64,000 nt of DNA from the NCBI GenBank assembly GCA_963762255.1, contig CAVXKA010000002.1, positions 576,001 through 640,000 on the forward strand, given 5' to 3'. A program made the translations under genes and the position numbers. Under the pieces are notes generated by a model. It ran no database searches, was not told the origin of the DNA, and worked only from the letters and a program-made list of their open reading frames with translations. Below are positions 11,835 through 20,349 of this stretch, in pieces (the first letter of the stretch is position 1; each line of letters begins with the position of its first letter). This DNA comes from Candidatus Eiseniibacteriota bacterium (GTDB lineage: Bacteria; Eisenbacteria; RBG-16-71-46; JABDJR01).

Positions 11835-13064
11835 CTACGGAGCCGGGAAGAGGAACCTGAGAATCTCGTCCACCCGCTCCGCCCACGCTGCCTCGTTGTG
11901 CATCGCTCCCGCGGCTTCCATGTAGTCTAGGTCCTGGCCAAGCACCCAACCCTGTTGCACCAGGGCGTCGCGCAGCGCTCGCGCGCCCGAGATCGCCTCC
12001 GCACCCTCGCCGGTTCCCATGTCCAGCCAGATGCGACTCGCTACCTTGGGCTGCGCCGTCACCCGCTGAACGATGTACCCGTTCCCCCACCACACCGACG
12101 GCGACACCACGCCGATGCGCGAGAAGGTCTCCGAGTGGGTGAGCGCGAAGTACATGGAGACGAGTCCGCCGAGCGAGGAACCCGCCACGCCGGTGTTCGC
12201 GCGATCCGGCAACGTGCGATACGTACCGTCGATGAAGGGCTTCAGCTCCTCGACAAGGAACCGGCCATAGTTGTCCGCGTTCCCGCCTCCGTGTGGCTGG
12301 TCCGCGACCGGCGTGTACTCGGCAATCCGATCCGCCGTGTTGTAGACGCCCACCACGATCAGGGGTTCGATCTCGCCCGTGGAGATCAGATCCTCCGCGA
12401 TCTCATCGACGTGCCACTCGCCGACGAACGATGTCGCCGCGTCGAAGATGTTCTGACCGTCGTGCATGTAGAGGACGGGATAGCGCCGCGTAGGATTCGT
12501 CTCATAGCCGGGGGGGAGGTAGACGATCACGCTACGCGTGCGGGTCAGAAAGCGGCTCGCGATGTTCTCAAGAAGGTGGATGTCGCCGGTCAGGGTCGAT
12601 TCGCCATGTCCCCCCTCGCCCCAGTCCCGCCAGTTCGCGACCACGACGTTGACCGTCTCCGGACCGGCCACGGTGAGGCGCCGGTTGGAAATCTCCGAGC
12701 CGTCCGCCCCCTTCTCCACCGTCTCCCACCCGCCGCGCGTCACCTTGAACTCGAGCTGGGTGCCCGGGTCGAACTTCTGGCGCGCCTCATGGATTCCGCT
12801 CGGAAGCCGCTGTGTCTTCAACCCCTGACCATTCCAATTGCCCAGCGCGGGGTGATTGCCGGAGATCCACACGCTCGCCGTGTCCGGGGTGCCGGCAGGC
12901 ACGCTTACGTGGAACGTGATCACGCTATCGGCCAGCGCGGCCGGCTTGGTCGGTTTGGAGTCGCTCGTGTCGCAGCCTATTGCCATCAGAAGCCCCACTG
13001 TTCCAAAGAAAACCAACGGCGCGCCGAGCCACGCCCTCCTCCCCCGTCCCGCCACGTGCCGCAT
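11835..13064 (-). CDS. Putative lipoprotein: CBM20 starch-binding domain fused to an alpha/beta-hydrolase (esterase)
   Basis: Lipobox-like MAIGC; CBM20-like VWISGNHPALGNWN..LEFKVTRG-W; esterase motifs YPVLYMHDGQN, GSSLGG, H-E-AW. Start trimmed to ATG 13064. Confidence 0.85.
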   Translation of the reverse strand: MRHVAGRGRRAWLGAPLVFFGTVGLLMAIGCDTSDSKPTKPAALADSVITFHVSVPAGTPDTASVWISGNHPALGNWNGQGLKTQRLPSGIHEARQKFDPGTQLEFKVTRGGWETVEKGADGSEISNRRLTVAGPETVNVVVANWRDWGEGGHGESTLTGDIHLLENIASRFLTRTRSVIVYLPPGYETNPTRRYPVLYMHDGQNIFDAATSFVGEWHVDEIAEDLISTGEIEPLIVVGVYNTADRIAEYTPVADQPHGGGNADNYGRFLVEELKPFIDGTYRTLPDRANTGVAGSSLGGLVSMYFALTHSETFSRIGVVSPSVWWGNGYIVQRVTAQPKVASRIWLDMGTGEGAEAISGARALRDALVQQGWVLGQDLDYMEAAGAMHNEAAWAERVDEILRFLFPAP

Positions 13065-13172
13065 GCGCGCTCTCCTCTTCACGGTTTCGATGGACCCGCC
13101 GAGGCCCAATTCTACTCCCGCCGCTAAAAAAGATGGACGATTGCCGCAATTTCCGCTACTTCTGCTGTCACG

Positions 13173-14180
13173 ATGACGACGACACCCGCGCCCCCCCGTC
13201 TTGGGGCGCCTCTCGAATTCTGCTGGGAGATTCTCCCGCACGTCTCGCGGACGTTCGCGCTGACCATTCCCGCGCTCAGGGAACCGCTCCGCGACCGGGT
13301 GGGGATCGCCTACCTCCTGTGCCGGATCGCCGACACCGTCGAGGACCGCCCCGACCTCGCTCCCCCGGTCCGCCGCGCGCTCTTCGGCTGCCTCCAGCAC
13401 CTCGCCGCGGACCCCCGCGACCAGACCGCCCGGCACGATCTGCAGGCCATGTGGCCGCCGCTCGACGATCTTCAGCACGAACGGCTGGTGCGCCGAGCCG
13501 CCGACATCCTGGATCCCTACGCGGATCTCGACGACCCGCCGCGACGGGCCATCGGCGCGTGCCTCACCGAGATGATCGCCGGCATGTCCGCCTACCCCGG
13601 CCCCGCCGACGCCCGGGCTCCGATCCACGCCTGTCGCGATCTGGACGACCTCGAGCACTACTGCCATGTGGTGGCGGGAACGGTGGGGATTTTGCTTTCG
13701 CGACTCTTCGCCATGGAGCTTCCGGACGAGGGGTGGCTCACGCCGGAGCGACTCGAGGACGGGCGCCGGTTCGGGCTTGGGCTGCAGATCACCAATGTCC
13801 TCAAGGACCACGCGGCGGACGCCCACCGAGGCATCTGTTACGTGCCCAAGGCGTACCGGGATCCTGAGACCGGCGTCCTCACCTCCGACGGGCTGCACAT
13901 GCTGATTCAGCGTGCGGTGGGCCACCTCGAGGCGGCGCAGCGATACGCGGTGTCCCTGCCCGCGGCCCACGCGGACATGCGGCTCTTCTGCCTCTGGGCT
14001 GCGCACCTCGCGCTCGGCACGCTCGGGCAGATCGCGCGCTTCCGCGAGGGGGAGGGAACCCCGAAGCTGGAGCGCGCCGCGGTCGGCCAGATCCTCGATC
14101 GCGCGCGGGAGCAGGTGGCCAACGACGCCGCGCTGCACGATCTCTTCGAGGAGTACCGCCGGGCGGTGTTCGTCTCGTAG
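13173..14180 (+). CDS. Squalene/phytoene synthase family protein
   Basis: VSRTFAL, AYLLCRIADTVED, YCHVVAGTVG and GLGLQITNVLKD motifs. Confidence 0.88.
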   Translation: MTTTPAPPRLGAPLEFCWEILPHVSRTFALTIPALREPLRDRVGIAYLLCRIADTVEDRPDLAPPVRRALFGCLQHLAADPRDQTARHDLQAMWPPLDDLQHERLVRRAADILDPYADLDDPPRRAIGACLTEMIAGMSAYPGPADARAPIHACRDLDDLEHYCHVVAGTVGILLSRLFAMELPDEGWLTPERLEDGRRFGLGLQITNVLKDHAADAHRGICYVPKAYRDPETGVLTSDGLHMLIQRAVGHLEAAQRYAVSLPAAHADMRLFCLWAAHLALGTLGQIARFREGEGTPKLERAAVGQILDRAREQVANDAALHDLFEEYRRAVFVS

Positions 14181-14230
14181 GTTTCGGCGCGACCCGCGCG
14201 CCGGGGCGGCTAGTGACAGCCGCCGGAGCC

Positions 14231-14419
14231 TCAGGTCGGGGTGAACCGAGGCGCATCGCTCCCGTGCCCGCCGCCGATGTTGGGGGCGCTCACAAGCCGC
14301 TTGGCCCCGGGCTTGCCGCACTTCGGGCAGACCACGCCGTCGCGATCCCGCTCCGAGATCATCAGGTTCTCTTCGAAGGTGTGCCGGCAGACCGGACACT
14401 GGAAATCGTAGTTGGGCAT
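14231..14419 (-). CDS. FmdB-family zinc ribbon protein
   Basis: MPNYDFQCPVC..FE..CPKCG..RLVS; AAGGAG RBS. Confidence 0.85.
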   Translation of the reverse strand: MPNYDFQCPVCRHTFEENLMISERDRDGVVCPKCGKPGAKRLVSAPNIGGGHGSDAPRFTPT

Positions 14420-14435
14420 CCTCACTCCTTCACTT

Positions 14436-15740
14436 TCACCAGGCGGATGGATGCAGACCGGCCGGGGCGGTCACACTCGCCGCGGCGCTCCACCCCGCCA
14501 CGTACCCGCTGGACCAGGCCCACTGAAAGTTGTAGCCGCCGATCCGCCCGTCCACGTCGAGGATCTCGCCGCAAAGGTGGAGGCCGGGGCAGATCCTGGA
14601 TTCCATCGTCTCCAGGCGGATCTCACCGAGGGGAACACCGCCCGCCGTCACCTCGGCGTAGCGGAACCCGCGGCTCCCTGTTATCGGCAGTCGAAGCTCC
14701 GACACCGCGCGGACGAAGGCCACGCGAGTCTCGCGGGTGAGCGTGGCGCCGGTCTCGCCCCCGGAGAGGCCCGCCTCTGCGCCAAGCGCTCTGGCCAGGC
14801 GCTCGGGGAGGCGCCGGCTCAAGGCCGCCACCGGCGACCGGCCTTCGAGGGATCGCAGCCACCGCTCCAGAGTCTCGCGCGTCTCTCCGGGGAGCCAGTT
14901 GACGACGAGATGCGCCTCGGGGTCCTCCGCGACCGCGTCCAGGTAGTAGCGGCTGATGTCGAGAACACCGGGGCCGGAGAGACCGAAATGCGTGCACAGG
15001 ATCGAGTCGGTGAAGCCGACGAGCCGCTTCCCGCCCGACGCGCGCAGCTCGATCGCGGCGGGGACACTCACCCCGCTCAGCCCGCAGAGGAAGTGACCCG
15101 AGGGCAGTGTGAGAGGAACAAGCGCGGGCAGCAGTCGCGGCGTGAGCGTATGCCCTAGCGATCGGGCGATCGCGAACCCGGCTCCGTCCGAACCGGATCG
15201 GGGGAGACTCTTGCCGCCGGTGGCGAGGACGACTCGCCGGGCGCGCAACTCCCCTTCGCTCCCGGCGAGGGCGAACCCGTCTTCTTCCCGGCGAATCGAC
15301 TCCACTCGCCATGGATGCCGCAGTTCGGCGCCAGCGTCGTCCGACGCGCGCAAGAGTGCGTCGAGCACGGTACGCGCGCGGTCATCGACCGGGAAGAGTT
15401 TGCCCCCCTCTTCACGCTTCAGCGTCACGCCCAGCTCTTGGAAGAAGGCCACCGTGCGGGGCACGTCAAAGCGTAAGAGGACTTTGCGGATGGCGTTTCG
15501 CGAGGAGCCGGCGAAGGCGAGTGGATCCACGACATCGTGGGTCACGTTGCAGCGCCCGCCGCCGGAGACGAGGATCTTCGCGCCGATCTTCCCGGCACCA
15601 TCAAGGAGGAGAACCCGCGTGTCGGATCCCGCCAGTGCGCGTCCCCCGCGCGCCTCAGCCGCGCGACGCCCGGCCCAGATCGCAGCCATGAGCCCGGCCG
15701 CGCCGGCGCCCACCACCACGGTTTCTGCTTGGACGTTCAT
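14436..15740 (-). CDS. HI0933/YhiN (BaiN-like) FAD-dependent oxidoreductase
   Basis: GAGAAG, KILVSGGGRCNVT, ATGGKS-P, THFGLSGP and GEILDVDG-IGGYNFQWAWSSG. Confidence 0.92.
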   Translation of the reverse strand: MNVQAETVVVGAGAAGLMAAIWAGRRAAEARGGRALAGSDTRVLLLDGAGKIGAKILVSGGGRCNVTHDVVDPLAFAGSSRNAIRKVLLRFDVPRTVAFFQELGVTLKREEGGKLFPVDDRARTVLDALLRASDDAGAELRHPWRVESIRREEDGFALAGSEGELRARRVVLATGGKSLPRSGSDGAGFAIARSLGHTLTPRLLPALVPLTLPSGHFLCGLSGVSVPAAIELRASGGKRLVGFTDSILCTHFGLSGPGVLDISRYYLDAVAEDPEAHLVVNWLPGETRETLERWLRSLEGRSPVAALSRRLPERLARALGAEAGLSGGETGATLTRETRVAFVRAVSELRLPITGSRGFRYAEVTAGGVPLGEIRLETMESRICPGLHLCGEILDVDGRIGGYNFQWAWSSGYVAGWSAAASVTAPAGLHPSAW

Positions 15741-15829
15741 GCATCAACTCCCGGGGGAGAGATCCTTCGATGCGACAGGGATGGTATCATCGCGCGTCGA
15801 GTCGGGACGCTCTCCAGTGGAGGAAGACC

Positions 15830-16645
15830 GTGATCGAGCCGAAGTCGGAGACCCTCGAGCAGACCCTGGCCCGTGACGACGTTCACGAGCAATGGGACCA
15901 GGATTACCGATCCCCCGAGAGCCTGGAGTATCTCGATCGAGTGCTGGATCGTCTGATCCCGATCCTGACCGCCAAACCAGGCGCGGTCATCCTGGACGCG
16001 GGCTGCGGTACGGCAGTGAACGCCATCCAGCTTGCCCGGAGAGGATTCCGCGTGGAGGGCGTGGACTTCTCGGATGCCGTCCTGCGGACGGCTCGAACGA
16101 ACGTCGAGAGTGCCGGGATGTCGGACATGATCCATCTCCGGCAGGGGAATCTCCTTTCCCTTTCCTTCCCGGACGAGTCCTTCGACACCGTCGTGTGCTG
16201 GGGCGTCCTGATGCACATCGCGGAGATCGAACAGGCGCTCTCCGAGCTCGCGCGCGTCCTCAAACCGGGGGGCCGGCTGGTAGTGGGCGAGATCAACATG
16301 CACTCCCTGCAGAGGATCAGCTTCGTGACCCTCGCGCGGCTCCTTGGACGGAGCAGGACCCCGGAGACCAGAACCCCTGCCGGGATGGAGTGCTGGTTTG
16401 AGACGTCGGCGGGAACACTGCTGAGACGGCACACGGATATCCGTTGGCTGACGCGGGCGATGGAGGACAGAGGGCTGACGCTGGTCAAGCGGCTCCCGGG
16501 TCAATTCACGGAGCTCTACCTGAAGACGCGGTCCCGACGCACCAAGGTCTGCATCCAGCGATTCAACATCTTCTGGGTCAGGTTTATCCGCGAACCTCGA
16601 TTGGCCTTCGGGAATGTCCTGGTCTTTCAGAAGACCCGGATCTAA
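15830..16645 (+). CDS. Class I SAM-dependent methyltransferase
   Basis: ILDAGCGTA, FPDESFDTV and ELARVLKPGG; GGAGG RBS before GTG 15830. Confidence 0.85.
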   Translation: MIEPKSETLEQTLARDDVHEQWDQDYRSPESLEYLDRVLDRLIPILTAKPGAVILDAGCGTAVNAIQLARRGFRVEGVDFSDAVLRTARTNVESAGMSDMIHLRQGNLLSLSFPDESFDTVVCWGVLMHIAEIEQALSELARVLKPGGRLVVGEINMHSLQRISFVTLARLLGRSRTPETRTPAGMECWFETSAGTLLRRHTDIRWLTRAMEDRGLTLVKRLPGQFTELYLKTRSRRTKVCIQRFNIFWVRFIREPRLAFGNVLVFQKTRI

Positions 16646-16654
16646 TAAGAAATA

Positions 16655-16732
16655 TGGTGTCCCCAACGGGATTCGAACCCGTGTCGCCAGCGTGAAAGGC
16701 TGGTGTCCTAGGCCAGACTAGACGATGGGGAC
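16655..16732 (-). tRNA. tRNA-Glu (TTC)
   Basis: Minus strand reads GTCCCCA..CCAGC-CT-TTC-AC-GCTGG..GGTTCGAATCC..TGGGGAC-ACCA: full cloverleaf with encoded CCA. Confidence 0.97.
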
Positions 16733-16776
16733 GAGAATGAGGCAGAGCGTGTCGGGCCGGCCAAAACCGGGCAAGA

Positions 16777-16805
16777 AAGTTATCAGCGCACCCAACCTGG
16801 GTCAA
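16777..16805 (-). promoter_or_regulatory. Putative sigma70 promoter of tRNA-Glu
   Basis: Minus strand TTGACC-17 nt-TAACTT, with a TG upstream of the -10 hexamer, ~45 nt before the tRNA. Confidence 0.5.
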
Positions 16806-16813
16806 CTGAAGGC

Positions 16814-16843
16814 AAAAAAAAGGCCGGGGGGTGATCCCCGGCC
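16814..16843 (-). terminator. Rho-independent terminator
   Basis: Minus strand GGCCGGGG-ATCACC-CCCCGGCC stem-loop followed by T8. Confidence 0.85.
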
Positions 16844-17016
16844 CCGCTCCAGACTGGAACCGGGCGTAGGCACCCGGCTGGAGGGCAACCAGTCCGAAGA
16901 CTGAATCGCGCGCTATCGCACGACCTCTTGGCAGAGTAGCTTGGGGGTCTCAAGAGGGATGAGCAAGGACCGCGATGCATCGCGATCAGCTTCGCAGAGA
17001 CCTATCCAAGTTACTC
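16815..17016 (-). ncRNA. Candidate structured non-coding RNA (~200 nt), family unknown
   Basis: Bounded by an extended -10 promoter (TGcTATAAT) and a strong terminator. Long irregular hairpin (16895-16931 pairs with 16951-16994) plus a second nested hairpin (CTCCAG/CTGGAG, CCGGG/CCCGG). No credible ORF. Confidence 0.5.
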
Positions 17017-17022
17017 GACGTG

Positions 17023-17050
17023 ATTATAGCAGCCCCCCGCTTTGAGTCAC
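17023..17050 (-). promoter_or_regulatory. Sigma70 promoter with extended -10
   Basis: Minus strand GTGACT-16 nt-TATAAT with TGn extension, immediately after the lexA stop. Confidence 0.65.
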
Positions 17051-17062
17051 CAAAAAAGACCG

Positions 17063-17677
17063 TTAACGATACCTTCGTATCAGACCAACAACTATCCCGA
17101 CGATCTTCAACTCTTTTGGGTTCCGTATCACGATGGGATCCATCTTCGCGTTCTCTGGCAAGAGCCGAAGCTTATCCCCTTTCCTTTCAAAGCGTTTCAC
17201 GGTGGCCTCATCCTCGATCATGGCCACCACGATATCCCCGCTCGCCGCCGTCTTCTGAGGCCGGACGAGGATCTGATCCCCCGGGCAGATATGGGCCTCG
17301 ATCATGCTTTCGCCCTGAACCTCCAACAGGAAATTGCCCTCTCCCTTGAGCAGACCCTGATCCAGAGTGATTCGGTCGGAGATGTTCTCCTGCGCCAGGA
17401 TGGGCTCACCTGCGGCAATCCGGCCGACCACCGGGACACTCTGCCCGGCCGCCGTCGGCCGCGGTCCCATGATCTCGATTCCGCGTGACCGGTCACGTGT
17501 CCTGGCGATGTAGCCCTTCCGCTCCAGCGCCAGGAGATGGTCGGACGCCGCCCGCGTACTCTTCATGCCGAACTCGGAGCAGATTTCCCGCAAGGTGGGC
17601 GGGTACCCGTGATTCTCCAGATGGCTCGCGAGGTACTCGTAGATCTCCTGCTGACGCGGAGTCAGGTTATGCATCAC
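17063..17677 (-). CDS. lexA: Transcriptional repressor LexA
   Basis: LTPRQQEI..GYPPTLREI wHTH, cleavage site VGRIAAG-P, catalytic GESM (Ser) and TVKR (Lys). Confidence 0.96.
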   Translation of the reverse strand: MMHNLTPRQQEIYEYLASHLENHGYPPTLREICSEFGMKSTRAASDHLLALERKGYIARTRDRSRGIEIMGPRPTAAGQSVPVVGRIAAGEPILAQENISDRITLDQGLLKGEGNFLLEVQGESMIEAHICPGDQILVRPQKTAASGDIVVAMIEDEATVKRFERKGDKLRLLPENAKMDPIVIRNPKELKIVGIVVGLIRRYR

Positions 17678-17726
17678 GTCCTCCCAAGACGGGCGTTGAT
17701 CCAGGTCGGCCCCGCCTGAAGCCGAT

Positions 17727-18161
17727 TCACGAACATACCGGAACGGCGACCTGGCAGGGCTGGAAAAGGTCCCCCTGACCGTTTCGCTCGCCCTCCCCGC
17801 GACGGCGGGCAGGCTCCGCGACCGGACTGGGCTCCGGCGTCGTCGCCGATGCGGGCGCCGGTTCCGCCGCCCGATCCCACCCTATCTGAGAGGCGAGGCC
17901 GAGCAGGAAGCTCTTGCGCCAGAGATCCCCGGCTTCGGAAGCCACTGCCGGACCGACGGCGAGCGCGCGGCGGAGCAGGGGGAGCCTCCCATCTTCCAAG
18001 AACGATGTCCATTCCTCGGCGAACCGCCGAAGCTGCTCGACACGTTCCCGCCGGGAAACACCCCGTGAACTCTTCTGGAGCCGCTCCACCAGGATGCGGC
18101 GCAGCGCGTAGGTATCTTCCTGAGTGATCTCATCCGGAATCTGATTCGAGAACGCGATCAT
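17727..18161 (-). CDS. Hypothetical 144-aa protein upstream of lexA, with C-terminal QGDLF motif
   Basis: The 3' part of ORF 17727-18854 from ATG 18161 has protein-like composition (helical N-terminus, P/A/E-rich linker). It is co-oriented with lexA and 50 bp away. Confidence 0.6.
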   Translation of the reverse strand: MIAFSNQIPDEITQEDTYALRRILVERLQKSSRGVSRRERVEQLRRFAEEWTSFLEDGRLPLLRRALAVGPAVASEAGDLWRKSFLLGLASQIGWDRAAEPAPASATTPEPSPVAEPARRRGEGERNGQGDLFQPCQVAVPVCS

Positions 18162-18307
18162 GACGCCTGCCCTTCCTGCCACTTCGAGCGAACCATCCGC
18201 CCTTCCTGACGATCTGCCCGGTCGGGCGGCTTCGTCCGCCTCACCCGACTTCCCCCATCTGTTGAGAGCGAACGTCCCGACCGGGCTCAATCCGTTTTCT
18301 ACGCATA

Positions 18308-18336
18308 TGTATACTACTCGTATGTTCCGGCAGCAA
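18308..18336 (-). promoter_or_regulatory. Putative sigma70 promoter for the hypothetical-lexA operon
   Basis: Minus strand TTGCTG-17 nt-TATACA in an AT-rich intergenic patch. Confidence 0.45.
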
Positions 18337-18384
18337 GGACAAAAGGGGGCGGGGCGAAAAAATTTGTAACGTAATGAAACAGAA

Positions 18385-20349
18385 TTAGTTATCGACGTCC
18401 AAGAACGCTTCGAGGCGCATCGCGAGGCGTTCCCACTCGCTGATGGCGGCTGAGGCTTCTTGCTGGGCCACCTCCAGGCGGGATTGAAGGTCGGCCAACC
18501 GAGCCGCTTCGGTGGCCAGACGGGGATCCTCCATCTCCATGAGGATCTCCTGCCGGAGCGCGTCGAGCCGCCCGACTTCGGCTTCCGCCTCGTGCAGCCG
18601 GCGGCGGAGCTTCTCTTCGTCGCGCTTGCGCTGTCGTTGCTCCTCGCGACTGAACCGCCGCTCTTCCTTCTCGGCACTCCGACTTTCAACCAGAACAGGA
18701 TCATCGCCTTCGCGTGTGGCCGCAGAACTTGCGTCGGCGGGAACCGCGCGCCGTTCCGCCGCGTAGCGGGAATAGCCCCCCTCCCACAAGCGACACCCAT
18801 CCGCGTGCAGTTCGAGGACGTGATCCATGACCCGGTCCAGGAAATACCGGTCATGGCTCACCACGAGGACAGTCCCCGCATAGGCCTGGAGCGCGGCCTC
18901 GAAGACCTCCCGCGACTCGATGTCCAGGTGGTTGGTGGGCTCGTCGAGAAGGAGGAAGTTCGCCCCCTGGCGCACGAGCTTGGCCAGTGCCACTCGGCTC
19001 TTCTCGCCGCCGGAAAGGAAGTTGAGCGGCTTGAACACGTCGTCGCCGCGAAAGAGGAACGACCCCAGGAAGCTGCGGATCTCGTTCTCGGTGGCCTGCG
19101 GGGTGATGGACCAGACCTCGTCCAGCACGGACTGGCTGCCGCGGATGTGGGTCTGCTCCTGTTCGTAGTAGCCCATCTCGACGCCGGGGCCGATCCTGAG
19201 CTTGCCTTCGTCCTGGCTTTCCTCCCCGATGATGAGCCGAACCAGCGTCGTCTTGCCCACCCCATTGGGGCCGATCAACCCGACCTTCTGGCCGCGCATG
19301 AGCAGGAACTCCACGCCGCCGAAGACTCGGAGATCGCCGTAGCGCTTGCCGAGCCGCTTGGCTTCGACCACGTTCCGCGCGCAGCGCGTGGGCTCGGGCA
19401 GGCGCATGTGGATGCTCGAAGCGGGCCACTCCGGGGCCTCCACCCGCTCCAGCTTCTCGAGCATCCGGCGGCGTGCCTGGGCCTGCTTGGTGTTCCCGCC
19501 GGCGAGGTTGCGGCGGACGAAATCCTCCTGCCGCTTGATCTCGGTCTGTTGGAGTTCGTAGCGCCGGGCCTGCTCCTCGAGGCGACGTTCGCGTTCGACG
19601 AGGAACGCGTCGTAGTTGCCTTGAAATCGATGCAGCTTGCGGTATCGCAGCTCCACGACTTCGCGCGCGAGGCGATTGAGGAACATCCGGTCGTGGCTCA
19701 CGATCACGTACGCACCCTGGTACTCCTGCAGGAAGCGCTCGAGCCATTCGATGGCGTCGAGATCGAGATGGTTGGTGGGCTCGTCGAGAAGGAGCAGGTC
19801 GGGGTCGCGCAGCAGCACCCGCGCCAGCATCGCCCGGCTCTTCTGCCCGCCGCTGAACTCGACGAGCGGCCGGTCCAAGTCCTCTTCGCGGAAGTGGAGG
19901 CCCTCGAGGACCTCCTTGATGCGCGCGTCGAACGAGTACCCGCCCTCACGTTCCAGCCGCTCCTGCAAGCGTGCGTAGTGTTCGAGGAGGGACTCGGCCT
20001 CGGCGTCGCCCTCCTGCAAAGCACTCAGGGCGCGCGTCGCCTCCGCGTGTTCCTGTTGGAGATCCTGGAGGTGCTGAAGCCCACGCGCCGCCTCCTCGCG
20101 CAGCGTGCGCCGGTCGTCGACCCGGACTTCCTGCTCCATCGATGCGATGACCGCTCCTCGGCGCCGCCACACCGAGCCGCGGTCCGGATCCATCTCTCCG
20201 GCGAGGATACGGAAGAGCGTGGTCTTACCCGCGCCGTTGCGGCCGACCAGCGAGATGCGGTCGCCTTCGCGGATCTGCCAGTGGATGTCTTCGAGCAACT
20301 CCTGGGAGCCGAAGCTCTTGGAGACCTCGCTGAGCTGGGCGATCAGCAC
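18385..20349 (-). CDS. ABC-F family ribosome-associated ATPase (YheS/Uup-like)
   Basis: Two ABC domains (GRNGAGKTT/FSGGQ/LLLDEPTNHLD and GPNGVGKTT/LSGGE/LLLDEPTNHLD), no TM segments, C-terminal coiled coil. Confidence 0.93.
   Translation of the reverse strand: MLIAQLSEVSKSFGSQELLEDIHWQIREGDRISLVGRNGAGKTTLFRILAGEMDPDRGSVWRRRGAVIASMEQEVRVDDRRTLREEAARGLQHLQDLQQEHAEATRALSALQEGDAEAESLLEHYARLQERLEREGGYSFDARIKEVLEGLHFREEDLDRPLVEFSGGQKSRAMLARVLLRDPDLLLLDEPTNHLDLDAIEWLERFLQEYQGAYVIVSHDRMFLNRLAREVVELRYRKLHRFQGNYDAFLVERERRLEEQARRYELQQTEIKRQEDFVRRNLAGGNTKQAQARRRMLEKLERVEAPEWPASSIHMRLPEPTRCARNVVEAKRLGKRYGDLRVFGGVEFLLMRGQKVGLIGPNGVGKTTLVRLIIGEESQDEGKLRIGPGVEMGYYEQEQTHIRGSQSVLDEVWSITPQATENEIRSFLGSFLFRGDDVFKPLNFLSGGEKSRVALAKLVRQGANFLLLDEPTNHLDIESREVFEAALQAYAGTVLVVSHDRYFLDRVMDHVLELHADGCRLWEGGYSRYAAERRAVPADASSAATREGDDPVLVESRSAEKEERRFSREEQRQRKRDEEKLRRRLHEAEAEVGRLDALRQEILMEMEDPRLATEAARLADLQSRLEVAQQEASAAISEWERLAMRLEAFLDVDN

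Noticed and set aside
13065-14399. 5' extension of the 854-aa ORF 11835-14399
   Set aside because: It lies antisense to the squalene/phytoene synthase; the real protein starts at its signal peptide near 13064.
15770-16732. tRNA-Glu as an integration site for a mobile element
   Set aside because: No integrase is present and I saw no duplicated tRNA 3' end elsewhere in the window.
16783-16980. 65-aa minus-strand ORF in the lexA-tRNA gap
   Set aside because: It has no RBS, runs through the terminator and has non-protein-like composition; an RNA interpretation fits better.
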